This document shows positions 8,047-16,388 of a stretch of DNA of 17,243 nucleotides, one piece after another (position 1 is the stretch's first letter; each line of letters begins with the position of its first letter). A program made the translations under genes and the position numbers. Under the pieces are notes generated by a model, which searched no databases, was not told where the DNA came from, and was given only the letters and a program-made list of their open reading frames with translations. This DNA is from an uncultured archaeon (GTDB lineage Archaea > Asgardarchaeota > Lokiarchaeia > Sigyniarchaeales > SOKP01): the NCBI GenBank assembly GCA_964388035.1, contig CAYLZE010000111.1, positions 1-17,243 of the forward strand. The letters run 5' to 3'.

Positions 8047-8484
8047 ATGTCTGAATTAGAAAACATAATAAAGAAGAAATTATTAGAACTTACGGATTCC
8101 ACGGTTGTTAAAGTAAGGGTGGATGATACAGATTTCATGGGTGTCGTTCATTTTAAAAATTACTTGATGTACTTTGATGATGGATTCGTGAGCTTTATTA
8201 CTAAAACGTGTGAAACAGCAAATAAAATTATAGAAAAAGGGATTGTTTTCCCCGTCAAGAAGGTAACAGTCATCTATGAAAATTTCGCAAAATTTGGGGA
8301 CTCTATTAAAGTGAACACCGAGGTAAAAGCAATCGGCACTAATTCACTCACGTTTATCCATGAACTTTTCAAAAACTCCGATAATTCTCTACTTGCAACC
8401 ATAGAATGTGTTAGATTAATAATGGAACTAAAATCTAAGAAACTATTAAATGTAGCTGAATTTTTTAAGAACTATCTCATGTGA
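8047..8484 (+). CDS. Hotdog-fold acyl-CoA thioesterase (YbgC/4HBT family), paralog 2
   Basis: VRVDDTDFMGVVHFKNYLMYFDDGF, clearly paralogous to 5932..6381. Starts 29 bp after the sulfatase stop. Confidence 0.88.
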   Translation: MSELENIIKKKLLELTDSTVVKVRVDDTDFMGVVHFKNYLMYFDDGFVSFITKTCETANKIIEKGIVFPVKKVTVIYENFAKFGDSIKVNTEVKAIGTNSLTFIHELFKNSDNSLLATIECVRLIMELKSKKLLNVAEFFKNYLM

Positions 8485-8522
8485 TAAATAATGAAATGTT
8501 TAAAGAAGATATTATTAAAAAA

Positions 8523-9629
8523 TTACATTTTATTAATTTTGGGCGGAGGAATATAAACATCCCGTGGTCCCGTCCTATTTAAACTAATCGCTTCTTCGGG
8601 ACAATGGTGTGCACACACTCCACACCCGATACATTTATCTTTATTAATTTTGGCTACAGTATCTTCCAATATAATTATTTTAACAGGGCACATTTGCACG
8701 CAAGTTCCACAGCCAACACATTTATCTTCATTCACTTTAGCAAGATATGAACTGATGGTATGTAGTGGAAATGCGCCCGTATGATACATTTGAAGTGGTC
8801 CACAACAGCAGGAACAACAATTACAAATAGCTTCGATGCCCTTATTGGGATCTAAGTTAAGATGAAATACCTTATGAACTAACCCATAATCTTCAGCTTC
8901 TTTAAAGATTTTCAGAGCTTCCTCTTTATTTATCCGTCTCCCATAGTTTTGATTTATTATAAATTGAGCACTTTTATCAAAAAAAAAACAATTCTCCTTA
9001 GGTGCATTTAGTTTGCATTTATCTCCGACTAATTCCTTTTCTTGTCGACAATAGCAATGAGCAACTGCAATATCTTCATAATTTTCAAGAAATTTTGTCA
9101 CTTCCTCATAAGGCATGACACCTTCGGAACCAGGTTCAATTAAGGTTTCAACGGGGATTGTTCTGTCTATAGCTGGAAATTGTTTAAAATGTCCTACAAT
9201 ATTATCATAATTTTCTTGCGTACCATCTCTCATTTCTTTAAATAGCTGTTCAAATAAATGAGCTTTTCTTTTATCTTTTTCCGTTGAAGTACCCCTTAAA
9301 AATTGATATTCAAAGATTCCAGGCCACATGGGCATCAATCGATACACCATAATTCCAGTAGTCCGGCTAGGAACGCCTACTAGTATCCCTTGATTCATCA
9401 ATTCATTTAAAACCTGGTCTAAGGCAGAATCATCCAGATCGGTAGCTTTTTTGATTTGATCAATATTTAAGGAAGGTTTTTTAAAGATTTGGATAAATTG
9501 TGCTTGTTCTTCTGTCATCAATACCTTTAACAGCTCAATGACGGTGTCAGTTATCGGGACGGGCATTTGACTTGCTTTAGCTATTGTTCGAGCCGTGCGA
9601 TACCACAATTTTTCGGTATTTATTGCCAT
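8523..9629 (-). CDS. Uncharacterised Fe-S protein: HTH-like N-terminus, Cys-rich core, C-terminal 2x[4Fe-4S] ferredoxin domain (paralog A)
   Basis: CYCR...C...C...ICNCCSCCCG core, plus CVGCGTCVQMCP and CIGCGVCAHHCP. Confidence 0.88.
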   Translation of the reverse strand: MAINTEKLWYRTARTIAKASQMPVPITDTVIELLKVLMTEEQAQFIQIFKKPSLNIDQIKKATDLDDSALDQVLNELMNQGILVGVPSRTTGIMVYRLMPMWPGIFEYQFLRGTSTEKDKRKAHLFEQLFKEMRDGTQENYDNIVGHFKQFPAIDRTIPVETLIEPGSEGVMPYEEVTKFLENYEDIAVAHCYCRQEKELVGDKCKLNAPKENCFFFDKSAQFIINQNYGRRINKEEALKIFKEAEDYGLVHKVFHLNLDPNKGIEAICNCCSCCCGPLQMYHTGAFPLHTISSYLAKVNEDKCVGCGTCVQMCPVKIIILEDTVAKINKDKCIGCGVCAHHCPEEAISLNRTGPRDVYIPPPKINKM

Positions 9630-9728
9630 TATTTAAATTTCCTCTTATTTCATGCGGTAAAGAACCACAAGATAAGTTATATTGTAAAAGAACGCATGAT
9701 TTATTTATATTATGATGGGATTGAGAAA

Positions 9729-10823
9729 TCACGCTTTATTTAGCGGTGCAGGGATAAAAACTCTTCTAAGTCCCGTTCTTTTTAAATTTAAGGCCTCCTG
9801 TTCGCAGTTATGAGCACATAGGCCACAACCGATGCACTTTTCTTCTTGAACAGTGGCAATAGTATCGATGATCTCAATGGCATTCATTGGACACACATCA
9901 ACGCAATTTCCACAGCCAATGCAGCTTGCTTCATCCACCTTCGAAATATAAGAGGAGTAAGTAGAAGTAGGATTAGTTCCTTCATAAAATCCGGCAAAAT
10001 TCCCGCAACAGCAAGTACAACAGTTGCAAATAGCCAATTCTTCTAATTCTGGATCTCCTTTAATGTGGAAAGCCTTATGTACCAGTCCCAAATCCTCAGC
10101 ATCTCTCAAAATTTTTAAGGCATCTTGCTTGGTAATTTCCTTTGCAAAGCCGTGATCAATGGAGAATTTGGCAGTTCTTCCAAAACTAAGACAATTTTGG
10201 CGAGGAGCATTCATTTTGCATGGATCATTCAATAAATCTTTTCTGTGGCGACAATAACAATAAGAAACCCCAAAAGTATCGAATTTATTTATAATATCTT
10301 TCAAATCTTCAAAAGGGATAGTCTGTTCGCCTTCAATTTTTACTTGTTCTTCTACAGGAATGACTCTATCAATGGGAGGTGCTTGTTGGAACGCATTCAT
10401 GACGATATCATAATTTTTTTGAGTTAGATTTTTCATATCTTCGAATAATTGGTCCCATAATTTTGCCAATCTCTTTTGCTTCTCACCCGTTTCACCCTTC
10501 ATCAATGAGAATTCAAGCATGCCCGGCAAAAATGCTACCAAGCGGTATACCATGATTCCCGTTGTTCTACTGGGAAGGACAGTAATCATTCCAATATCCA
10601 TCAATTCATTGATTTTTTCCATCAAAACATTCGGATCTAAGTTAATTTTATCTTTAATTTGCTCAAAATTTAAGGATACTTTTCGAAAATTCAAGAGAAA
10701 TTCAGCTTGCTCCTCATTTATTAATGTTTTAAGAATATTAATAAGCGTTTCATTTATGGGTACAGGAGGACCGCCTGCTTTTACTATGGTTCTTGCTAAT
10801 TTATACCAAGATTTATCATTCAC
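9729..10823 (-). CDS. Uncharacterised Fe-S protein, same architecture (paralog B; GTG start)
   Basis: CYCR...C...C...ICNCCTCCCG core, plus CIGCGNCVDVCP and CIGCGLCAHNCE. Colinear with paralog A (shared PSRTTGIMVYRL). Confidence 0.88.
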   Translation of the reverse strand: MNDKSWYKLARTIVKAGGPPVPINETLINILKTLINEEQAEFLLNFRKVSLNFEQIKDKINLDPNVLMEKINELMDIGMITVLPSRTTGIMVYRLVAFLPGMLEFSLMKGETGEKQKRLAKLWDQLFEDMKNLTQKNYDIVMNAFQQAPPIDRVIPVEEQVKIEGEQTIPFEDLKDIINKFDTFGVSYCYCRHRKDLLNDPCKMNAPRQNCLSFGRTAKFSIDHGFAKEITKQDALKILRDAEDLGLVHKAFHIKGDPELEELAICNCCTCCCGNFAGFYEGTNPTSTYSSYISKVDEASCIGCGNCVDVCPMNAIEIIDTIATVQEEKCIGCGLCAHNCEQEALNLKRTGLRRVFIPAPLNKA

Positions 10824-11053
10824 GTAAATTTCCCATATTTTTTTCTTTTATAATGATACAATGCTATTTTTTATATTTGTATTCTATTTATATATTACTA
10901 TAAATAATTGCTTTTAGTGATTTTATATTAGATTTTAAAGTAGATAATTATAATGCTTATCCTGCATTAGAAAAAGTGTAATGTTCTAAGACATAAAAAA
11001 CAAATCACTATTGACTCATTACAAAATTAAATTAAAAAAGATAATGATTCTTA

Positions 11054-11701
11054 ATGATTTTACAATCAATCAAAATACCCTTTGAAACTTATTTTATGAT
11101 TCAAGCTATTTCTTGGTGGATTATTTTAATCATTGGTTCCATGTTTTTAATTTTAGCGGGATTATTCTTTCGATATTCTAAAAATCCTGATGATGAGACG
11201 AATCATCTGGAATTTTTATTCACAGTAGCAGGAATCGTTGTGATTATCTCCCAAATACTTGATATAATTTTCTTTTTTTATGATCTATATCCCATAGATT
11301 CGATAGGATATTTTACCGCTGAGATGTTATTTGAAATAGTATATATTATAGCGTTTGGAGTCCTTTTCATAATAATCGGTGCTAAAAACAAAAAGGAAAA
11401 TGGTAACTTGCTTATTTTAGCGGGAGTATTTTGGATCATTTCTCAGACATGTTATCTTTTGAATGTTATCTTTATCACACTAAATTCTTTAATGGGATTC
11501 ACTTATGGATTTTTGTTAGAACTAAATCTTCTCTTAATTTTCCTTGTTTTTATACTTGTCTCAGGTATCATATTTCTTATTCATTCTATCCATGTAAAGA
11601 GTATTTATTTAATAATCGCGGGCTTTAGCATTTTTATATTAGTTTTTATTTGGGCATTATTTTTTGATTTCATAGCAATTGTTTTCTTAAATTTTTACTA
11701 A
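11054..11701 (+). CDS. Hypothetical integral membrane protein, ~6 TM, three internal 2-TM repeats
   Basis: 215-aa hydrophobic ORF with recurring TVAGIVVIISQ / ILAGVFWIISQ / IIAGFSIFIL. T-rich stretch follows the stop. Confidence 0.75.
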   Translation: MILQSIKIPFETYFMIQAISWWIILIIGSMFLILAGLFFRYSKNPDDETNHLEFLFTVAGIVVIISQILDIIFFFYDLYPIDSIGYFTAEMLFEIVYIIAFGVLFIIIGAKNKKENGNLLILAGVFWIISQTCYLLNVIFITLNSLMGFTYGFLLELNLLLIFLVFILVSGIIFLIHSIHVKSIYLIIAGFSIFILVFIWALFFDFIAIVFLNFY

Positions 11702-11836
11702 AAAATGTCCTCTTTTTTTATTTAAAATTGATCTCTAAAGCCCACATGGAAATATTGACTTTTTATTTTAAATGAAATGGGTTTACGGAAGATTTAAGAA
11801 GTGCTATAAATGAATTTTTAAAAGTTTCGCTTATAA

Positions 11837-12091
11837 AAAGTATTCAAAATAGCTCCAAGGTTATTAAACTAAAAATATCCTTTTTTGAATTTGAAGCATG
11901 ATTTCCTTTAAATATTAGACTTGTATAAGATAGTTGAAATTTCATATAAATATGGGAATATCAGTTCAACAGGCGGGAGAGACTCAACTATCATTCACTC
12001 CATGGAGTCGCATAAAATTAGAGATATTATAACCAATGATAAAGGATTTGAGAAAATAGAATCAATTAAAGTTCATAATCCATTGAGCTGA
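11837..12091 (+). pseudogene. Decayed PIN-domain (VapC-like) nuclease, C-terminal part
   Basis: Manual translation: KVFKIAPRLLN*KYPFLNLKHDFL*ILDLYKIVEISYKYGNISSTGGRDSTIIHSMESHKIRDIITNDKGFEKIESIKVHNPLS*. The RD-x2-I...I-x-TND-x2-F-x2-I..I-x-V-x-NP pattern is the PIN C-terminal signature. In-frame TAA at 11870 and 11909; no N-terminal D(T/S)N motif found. Confidence 0.7.
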
Positions 12092-12234
12092 ACTAATTTT
12101 TTAAATATTCAACATGAAGTGATTGAAGGATAATTGATTTTAAAAGTAAATAAGATTTCTTTTAATTGTATCTTGAAAATTATGCATGAAAGTAATTTAT
12201 AAATGTCAACTAAATTGGAAGAAGGTATATTATA

Positions 12235-14013
12235 ATGCGCGTAATAATGGTAATGTTTGATAGTTTAAACAGGCACTTCTTACCTCCCTATGGAAATGAT
12301 TGGGTACATGCACCCAATTTCAATCGGCTTGCTGAAAAAACCGTTATATTTGATAATTGTTATGCGGGGAGCCTCCCTTGCATGCCAGCCAGGAGAGAAA
12401 TCCATACCGGAAGATATAATTTTTTGCATCGAAGTTGGGGACCAATTGAACCTTTTGATGATTCCATGCCAGAACTATTGAAAAAAAAAGGAATTTATAC
12501 GCATCTTTGCTCTGATCATTATCACTATTGGGAAGATGGAGGGTGTACCTATCATTCAAGATATAGTACCTGGGAAATTATTCGCGGACATGAAGGAGAT
12601 CCTTGGAAAGGAGAAGTGAAAGATCCTGAGATACCCGATCATGTACCCACGATGAGAGAAGGTACTTCTCATTGGCGTCAAGATTGGATCAATAGAAAAT
12701 ACATGCAAAAAGAAGTGGATCAACCTCAAGCAAGGACTTTCAAGAAAGGAATAGAGTTTATCAAGAAAAACCATGAAGAAAATAACTGGTTTCTCCAGAT
12801 CGAAACGTTTGATCCTCATGAACCGTTTTTCACTCAGCAGAAATATAAGGATCTATACAAACACGATTATAAAGGACCGCATTTTGACTGGCCCAATTAC
12901 TCGGTCGTGAAAGAAACTCCCGAACAAGTAGATCATTGTCGAAAGGAATATGCCGCCTCGGTTAGCATGTGTGATCACTATCTTGGGAAAGTTCTGGACG
13001 TGATGGATGAGCATGACATGTGGAACGATACAATGCTTATCGTAAACACGGATCATGGGTTTCTATTGGGCGAAAAGGGCTGGTGGGCAAAGATGCTCCA
13101 ACCAATATACAATGAAATCGCCCACACTCCTCTTTTCATTTGGGATCCCCGTTCCAAGAAAAAAAATGAACGTCGAAAGGCTTTAGTTCAAACCATAGAT
13201 TTAGCTCCGACAATTTTTGACTTTTTTGGATGGAAACTAACAAAAGACATGCAAGGGAAGATATTAGCTGAAACCATTGATTCCGACATGGAAGTTAGAA
13301 AAGCTGCCCTTTTTGGCATACATGGAGGGCATGTCAACGTTACCGATGGACGTTATTTATACATGAGGGCTCCCATTCATCCGGATAACAAGCCGCTCTT
13401 TGAATATACGGTAATGCCCACTCACATGAATTCCTTATTTTCAATTAATGAACTCAGGACAGCAGAATTAGCAGAACCCTTTAATTTTACTAAAAAATGT
13501 AAAACCATGAAAATCGAGGTTTTGCCTCCCGTTTTTCGCTTTCCTTATGTTTATGGCAGCTTTCTGTTCGATCTTCAAACCGATCCCTATCAAGAAAACC
13601 CGATAAGTAATCCGGAAATTGAAATGCAGATGATAACATTAATGAGAGATTTAATGAAGGAGAATGACGCGCCATTAGAACAATTTGAACGTTTAGGAAT
13701 TCCCTTAGAAGGAAAAATTTCAAAACAACATTTAAGCAGTAACGATAATAGAAAAAATGTCAAGGATAAAATCGGGAGTGTCGAAATTACTTGGAGTAAA
13801 AAAGGGAAAAGCATGTATTCTATGATGCTGGGCATTATTCCCCTGGAGTTCCAAAGCTTATTATTGAATTCTCTAGAAAAAACCATAAAGAAAGAAAAAA
13901 TAACAGAACTAGATGAAGATTTCTTGATCGCCTTCTTAGAGAAATTCGTGCCCCCTCAATTTAAAAATATCTTGATTTATGTAACCTCGATTATAAGAAC
14001 TAAAGGAAAATAA
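12235..14013 (+). CDS. Cys-type sulfatase-family hydrolase with an extra ~90-aa C-terminal helical domain
   Basis: FDSLNR, SLPCMPARREIHTG (CxPxR), FDPHEPF, TDHG, LFDLQTDPYQE. The extension follows EQFERLG. Confidence 0.92.
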   Translation: MRVIMVMFDSLNRHFLPPYGNDWVHAPNFNRLAEKTVIFDNCYAGSLPCMPARREIHTGRYNFLHRSWGPIEPFDDSMPELLKKKGIYTHLCSDHYHYWEDGGCTYHSRYSTWEIIRGHEGDPWKGEVKDPEIPDHVPTMREGTSHWRQDWINRKYMQKEVDQPQARTFKKGIEFIKKNHEENNWFLQIETFDPHEPFFTQQKYKDLYKHDYKGPHFDWPNYSVVKETPEQVDHCRKEYAASVSMCDHYLGKVLDVMDEHDMWNDTMLIVNTDHGFLLGEKGWWAKMLQPIYNEIAHTPLFIWDPRSKKKNERRKALVQTIDLAPTIFDFFGWKLTKDMQGKILAETIDSDMEVRKAALFGIHGGHVNVTDGRYLYMRAPIHPDNKPLFEYTVMPTHMNSLFSINELRTAELAEPFNFTKKCKTMKIEVLPPVFRFPYVYGSFLFDLQTDPYQENPISNPEIEMQMITLMRDLMKENDAPLEQFERLGIPLEGKISKQHLSSNDNRKNVKDKIGSVEITWSKKGKSMYSMMLGIIPLEFQSLLLNSLEKTIKKEKITELDEDFLIAFLEKFVPPQFKNILIYVTSIIRTKGK

Positions 14014-14171
14014 AAGTAGTTGCGATTTACCTTACCTTTTTCTTATTTTTTATCCTAATTAGATATTAATCGAATTTTAAAATCATCTGACAAAATTATT
14101 TTCTTTGTAATGATTTCAACCATTTCATCCCAATTTATAATGTTAATTTTATAGAAAAAAATTAGAATGTA

Positions 14172-14278
14172 TTTTATTCATCTTAAAAAAAAGGGAAAAA
14201 TTTTAATAATTTTAAAGGACCAAGAATATATCTTTAGCTTTTAATCTTTATCATAAGAAATTATGAGATGATAAAATT
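14172..14278 (+). promoter_or_regulatory. USP promoter/leader block, repeated before every USP copy (also ~15061-15165, ~15839-15932, ~16846-16942)
   Basis: Shared ..TCT(A/T)AA.AAAA...AAAATTTA(A/T)..-type BRE/TATA segment about 65-80 nt upstream, and TGAGATGAT(A/G)AA (copy 2: TGGTGAAA) just before the ATG. Confidence 0.6.
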
Positions 14279-14734
14279 ATGTATAAGAAAATTTTAATTG
14301 GCGTTGACGATTCAGACCATTCTCGAAAAGTGGCAAAAGAAGCTCTAGAAAGAGCAAAAATGAGCGGAGCCAAGGTAGTCGCATTCCATTCCGTTCTGCA
14401 TCATTTGGCAGAAATAAACATGACTTTTTATCCTGCCACGTATGGAAATGCTACCGCGGGATATGCCCTCCATCAAGATTTCATAGATGCGGGTAAAAGA
14501 GCTTTAAAAATGGCGGAAGACCTCTTTAAAAAGGAGAATCAAGAAATAGAAACGAGATTGGTATACGATATCCCACCAGAAGATTTCATTAAAAAGACAG
14601 TCAAGGAAGAGGGATTTGATCTGGTAATTTTAGGAAGTGGGGGAAAACATAATATTTTAGAGCGAGATATTTTAGGAACCGTACCTGAGCATGTATTGAA
14701 TGAAGCGCCATGTGATGTATTAATCGTGAAATAA
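14279..14734 (+). CDS. Universal stress protein (UspA family), copy 1
   Basis: MYKKILIGVDDS, DLVILGSGG...LGTV, APCDVLIVK; 151 aa. Confidence 0.95.
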   Translation: MYKKILIGVDDSDHSRKVAKEALERAKMSGAKVVAFHSVLHHLAEINMTFYPATYGNATAGYALHQDFIDAGKRALKMAEDLFKKENQEIETRLVYDIPPEDFIKKTVKEEGFDLVILGSGGKHNILERDILGTVPEHVLNEAPCDVLIVK

Positions 14735-14860
14735 AGAACTGCTCGAATGAAATGGTATCCTAAATTTTACAATTCTATTCTCTTTTTTATTTTATTTATT
14801 TTTTAGATTTTTAATCTTTCAAATCTAATATAATAAAGTTTGTTAAAGATCTTATGTAGA

Positions 14861-14913
14861 AAAAGGATTATTTTAATAATTTTTTAATAATTTTTTGCTT
14901 ATTTGTGGGTTAA
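14861..14913. repeat. Conserved 42-bp USP spacer motif, copy 1 (with an 11-bp internal duplication); other copies at 15719-15760 and 16512-16553
   Basis: AAAAGGATTATTTTAATAAT[TTTTTAATAAT]TTTTTGCTTATTTGTGGGTTAA aligns with AAAAGCATTATTTTAATAATCATTTACTTATATGTGGTTTAA and AAAAGGACTAGTTTTATAATTTATTGCCTGCTTGTGGGATAA. Confidence 0.65.
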
Positions 14914-15165
14914 TGAAAACCATATTTTACCTTTGAAATCGTTTTTTTAGTCATCATGTAAGGTTGTTTGGAAATATATTTGATATAATGATTGTGAAGG
15001 AGATTTTCTTCTCTTTTCTATTTATTAATATTAATTTTATTTATAAAATTTTAAATATTTTTTTTTCATCTAAATAAAAGTGAAAAAAATTTAATAATTT
15101 CTAGGGACAAAAATTATATCTAAGCTTTTAATCTATATTATGAGAAATTGTAAAATGGTGAAATA

Positions 15166-15621
15166 ATGTATAAGAAAATTTTAATTGGCGTTGATGATTC
15201 AGAACATTCGCGTAGAGTAGTACAGAAAGCTTTAGAAAGAGCAAAGACGAGTGGAGCCAAGGTAGTCGCGTTTCATTCCGTTCTGCATAATATTGCTGAA
15301 ATGAACATGAGCTTTTATCCTTCATCTATTGGAAGCCCTACAGCTGGATATACTCTCCATCAAGATTTCGTTCACTCGGGTCAAAGAGCAATAAAAATGG
15401 CGGAAGAGCTCTTTAAAAAGGAGAATCAAGAAATAGAAACTAGGCTCGTGTACGACGTGCCACCCGAAAATTACGTTAAGAAGGCAGTCAAGGAAGAGGA
15501 ATTTGATTTAGTTATTTTAGGAAGCGCAGGACATCATAATGCATTAGAAAGGATGGTCTTAGGAACCGTACCCGAGCATGTATTGAATGAAGTACCGTGC
15601 GATGTATTGATCGTGAAATAA
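15166..15621 (+). CDS. Universal stress protein (UspA family), copy 2
   Basis: Same USP motifs; 151 aa. Confidence 0.95.
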   Translation: MYKKILIGVDDSEHSRRVVQKALERAKTSGAKVVAFHSVLHNIAEMNMSFYPSSIGSPTAGYTLHQDFVHSGQRAIKMAEELFKKENQEIETRLVYDVPPENYVKKAVKEEEFDLVILGSAGHHNALERMVLGTVPEHVLNEVPCDVLIVK

Positions 15622-15932
15622 AGATAACGCGAATTAACTTTTTTATTTTCTCTATTTTTAAAATTTTCACTCGTTTACGGTAAGGTAAAAATATAATTTG
15701 CGAAGAATAACTTTTATAAAAAGCATTATTTTAATAATCATTTACTTATATGTGGTTTAAAATTCATAAGGCATTAATTTTGGAAGCAATTTTTTAAACA
15801 TCAAGCAAAAATATTAGAATTATTTGCTGTACGGTTACTTTTTTAATCTAAATAAAATTTATATTTTTTAAGAACTAAAATTATATCTTTTAATTTAATC
15901 TCTATTATTAAAAAATGTGAGATGATGAAATA

Positions 15933-16388
15933 ATGTACAAGAAAATTTTAATCGGAGTTGACGATTCAGAGCATTCGCGTAGAGTAGTACAAGCGGCTCT
16001 AGAGCATGTAAAAACTTCTGGAGCAAAGATTACTGCTTTTCATAGTGTTCTACATCATTTAGCGGAGTTGAATATGGGGTTTACACCTGCATCAGTAGGG
16101 AATCCATCAGTGAGTTATTCTCTTCATGAAGACTATATTAAAGCTGGTAAAGAGGTCTTAAATCAAGCAGAAGAGATTTTTAAAAAGGAAAATCAAGCTT
16201 TAGAAACGAAAATTATTTTTGACGTGCCACCCGAAGATTACGTTAAGAAGGCAGTCAAGGAAGAGGGGTTCGATTTAGTTATTTTGGGTGCTAGTGGACA
16301 TCATAACAGAGTAGAGTTAGCGCTCTTAGGTACTGTACCGGACCACGTGTTGAATGAAGCGCCATGCGATGTATTAATTGTGAAATAA
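15933..16388 (+). CDS. Universal stress protein (UspA family), copy 3
   Basis: Same USP motifs; 151 aa. Confidence 0.95.
   Translation: MYKKILIGVDDSEHSRRVVQAALEHVKTSGAKITAFHSVLHHLAELNMGFTPASVGNPSVSYSLHEDYIKAGKEVLNQAEEIFKKENQALETKIIFDVPPEDYVKKAVKEEGFDLVILGASGHHNRVELALLGTVPDHVLNEAPCDVLIVK

Noticed and set aside
9630-9731. SECIS element or selenocysteine recoding in the Fe-S genes
   Set aside because: No in-frame TGA at a Cys position. The terminal TGA of paralog B aligns with the end of paralog A, and the hairpin lacks an AUGA/GA core in the right arrangement on the coding strand.
10915-11010. 9-bp inverted repeat TAGTGATTT/AAATCACTA in the divergent spacer
   Set aside because: A single AT-rich arm pair 78 bp apart with no supporting inner pairing; plausible by chance.
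9846-11628. ORFs 9846..10046, 10245..10427, 10519..10827, 11431..11628
   Set aside because: Antisense or alternate-frame shadows of well-supported genes.
11981-12009. GC-richer patch with palindrome ACTCCATGGAGT, suggesting an ncRNA
   Set aside because: Lies within the PIN remnant reading frame, which explains the composition.
12290-13886. Six short ORFs overlapping sulfatase 2
   Set aside because: Shadow frames with no independent signal.
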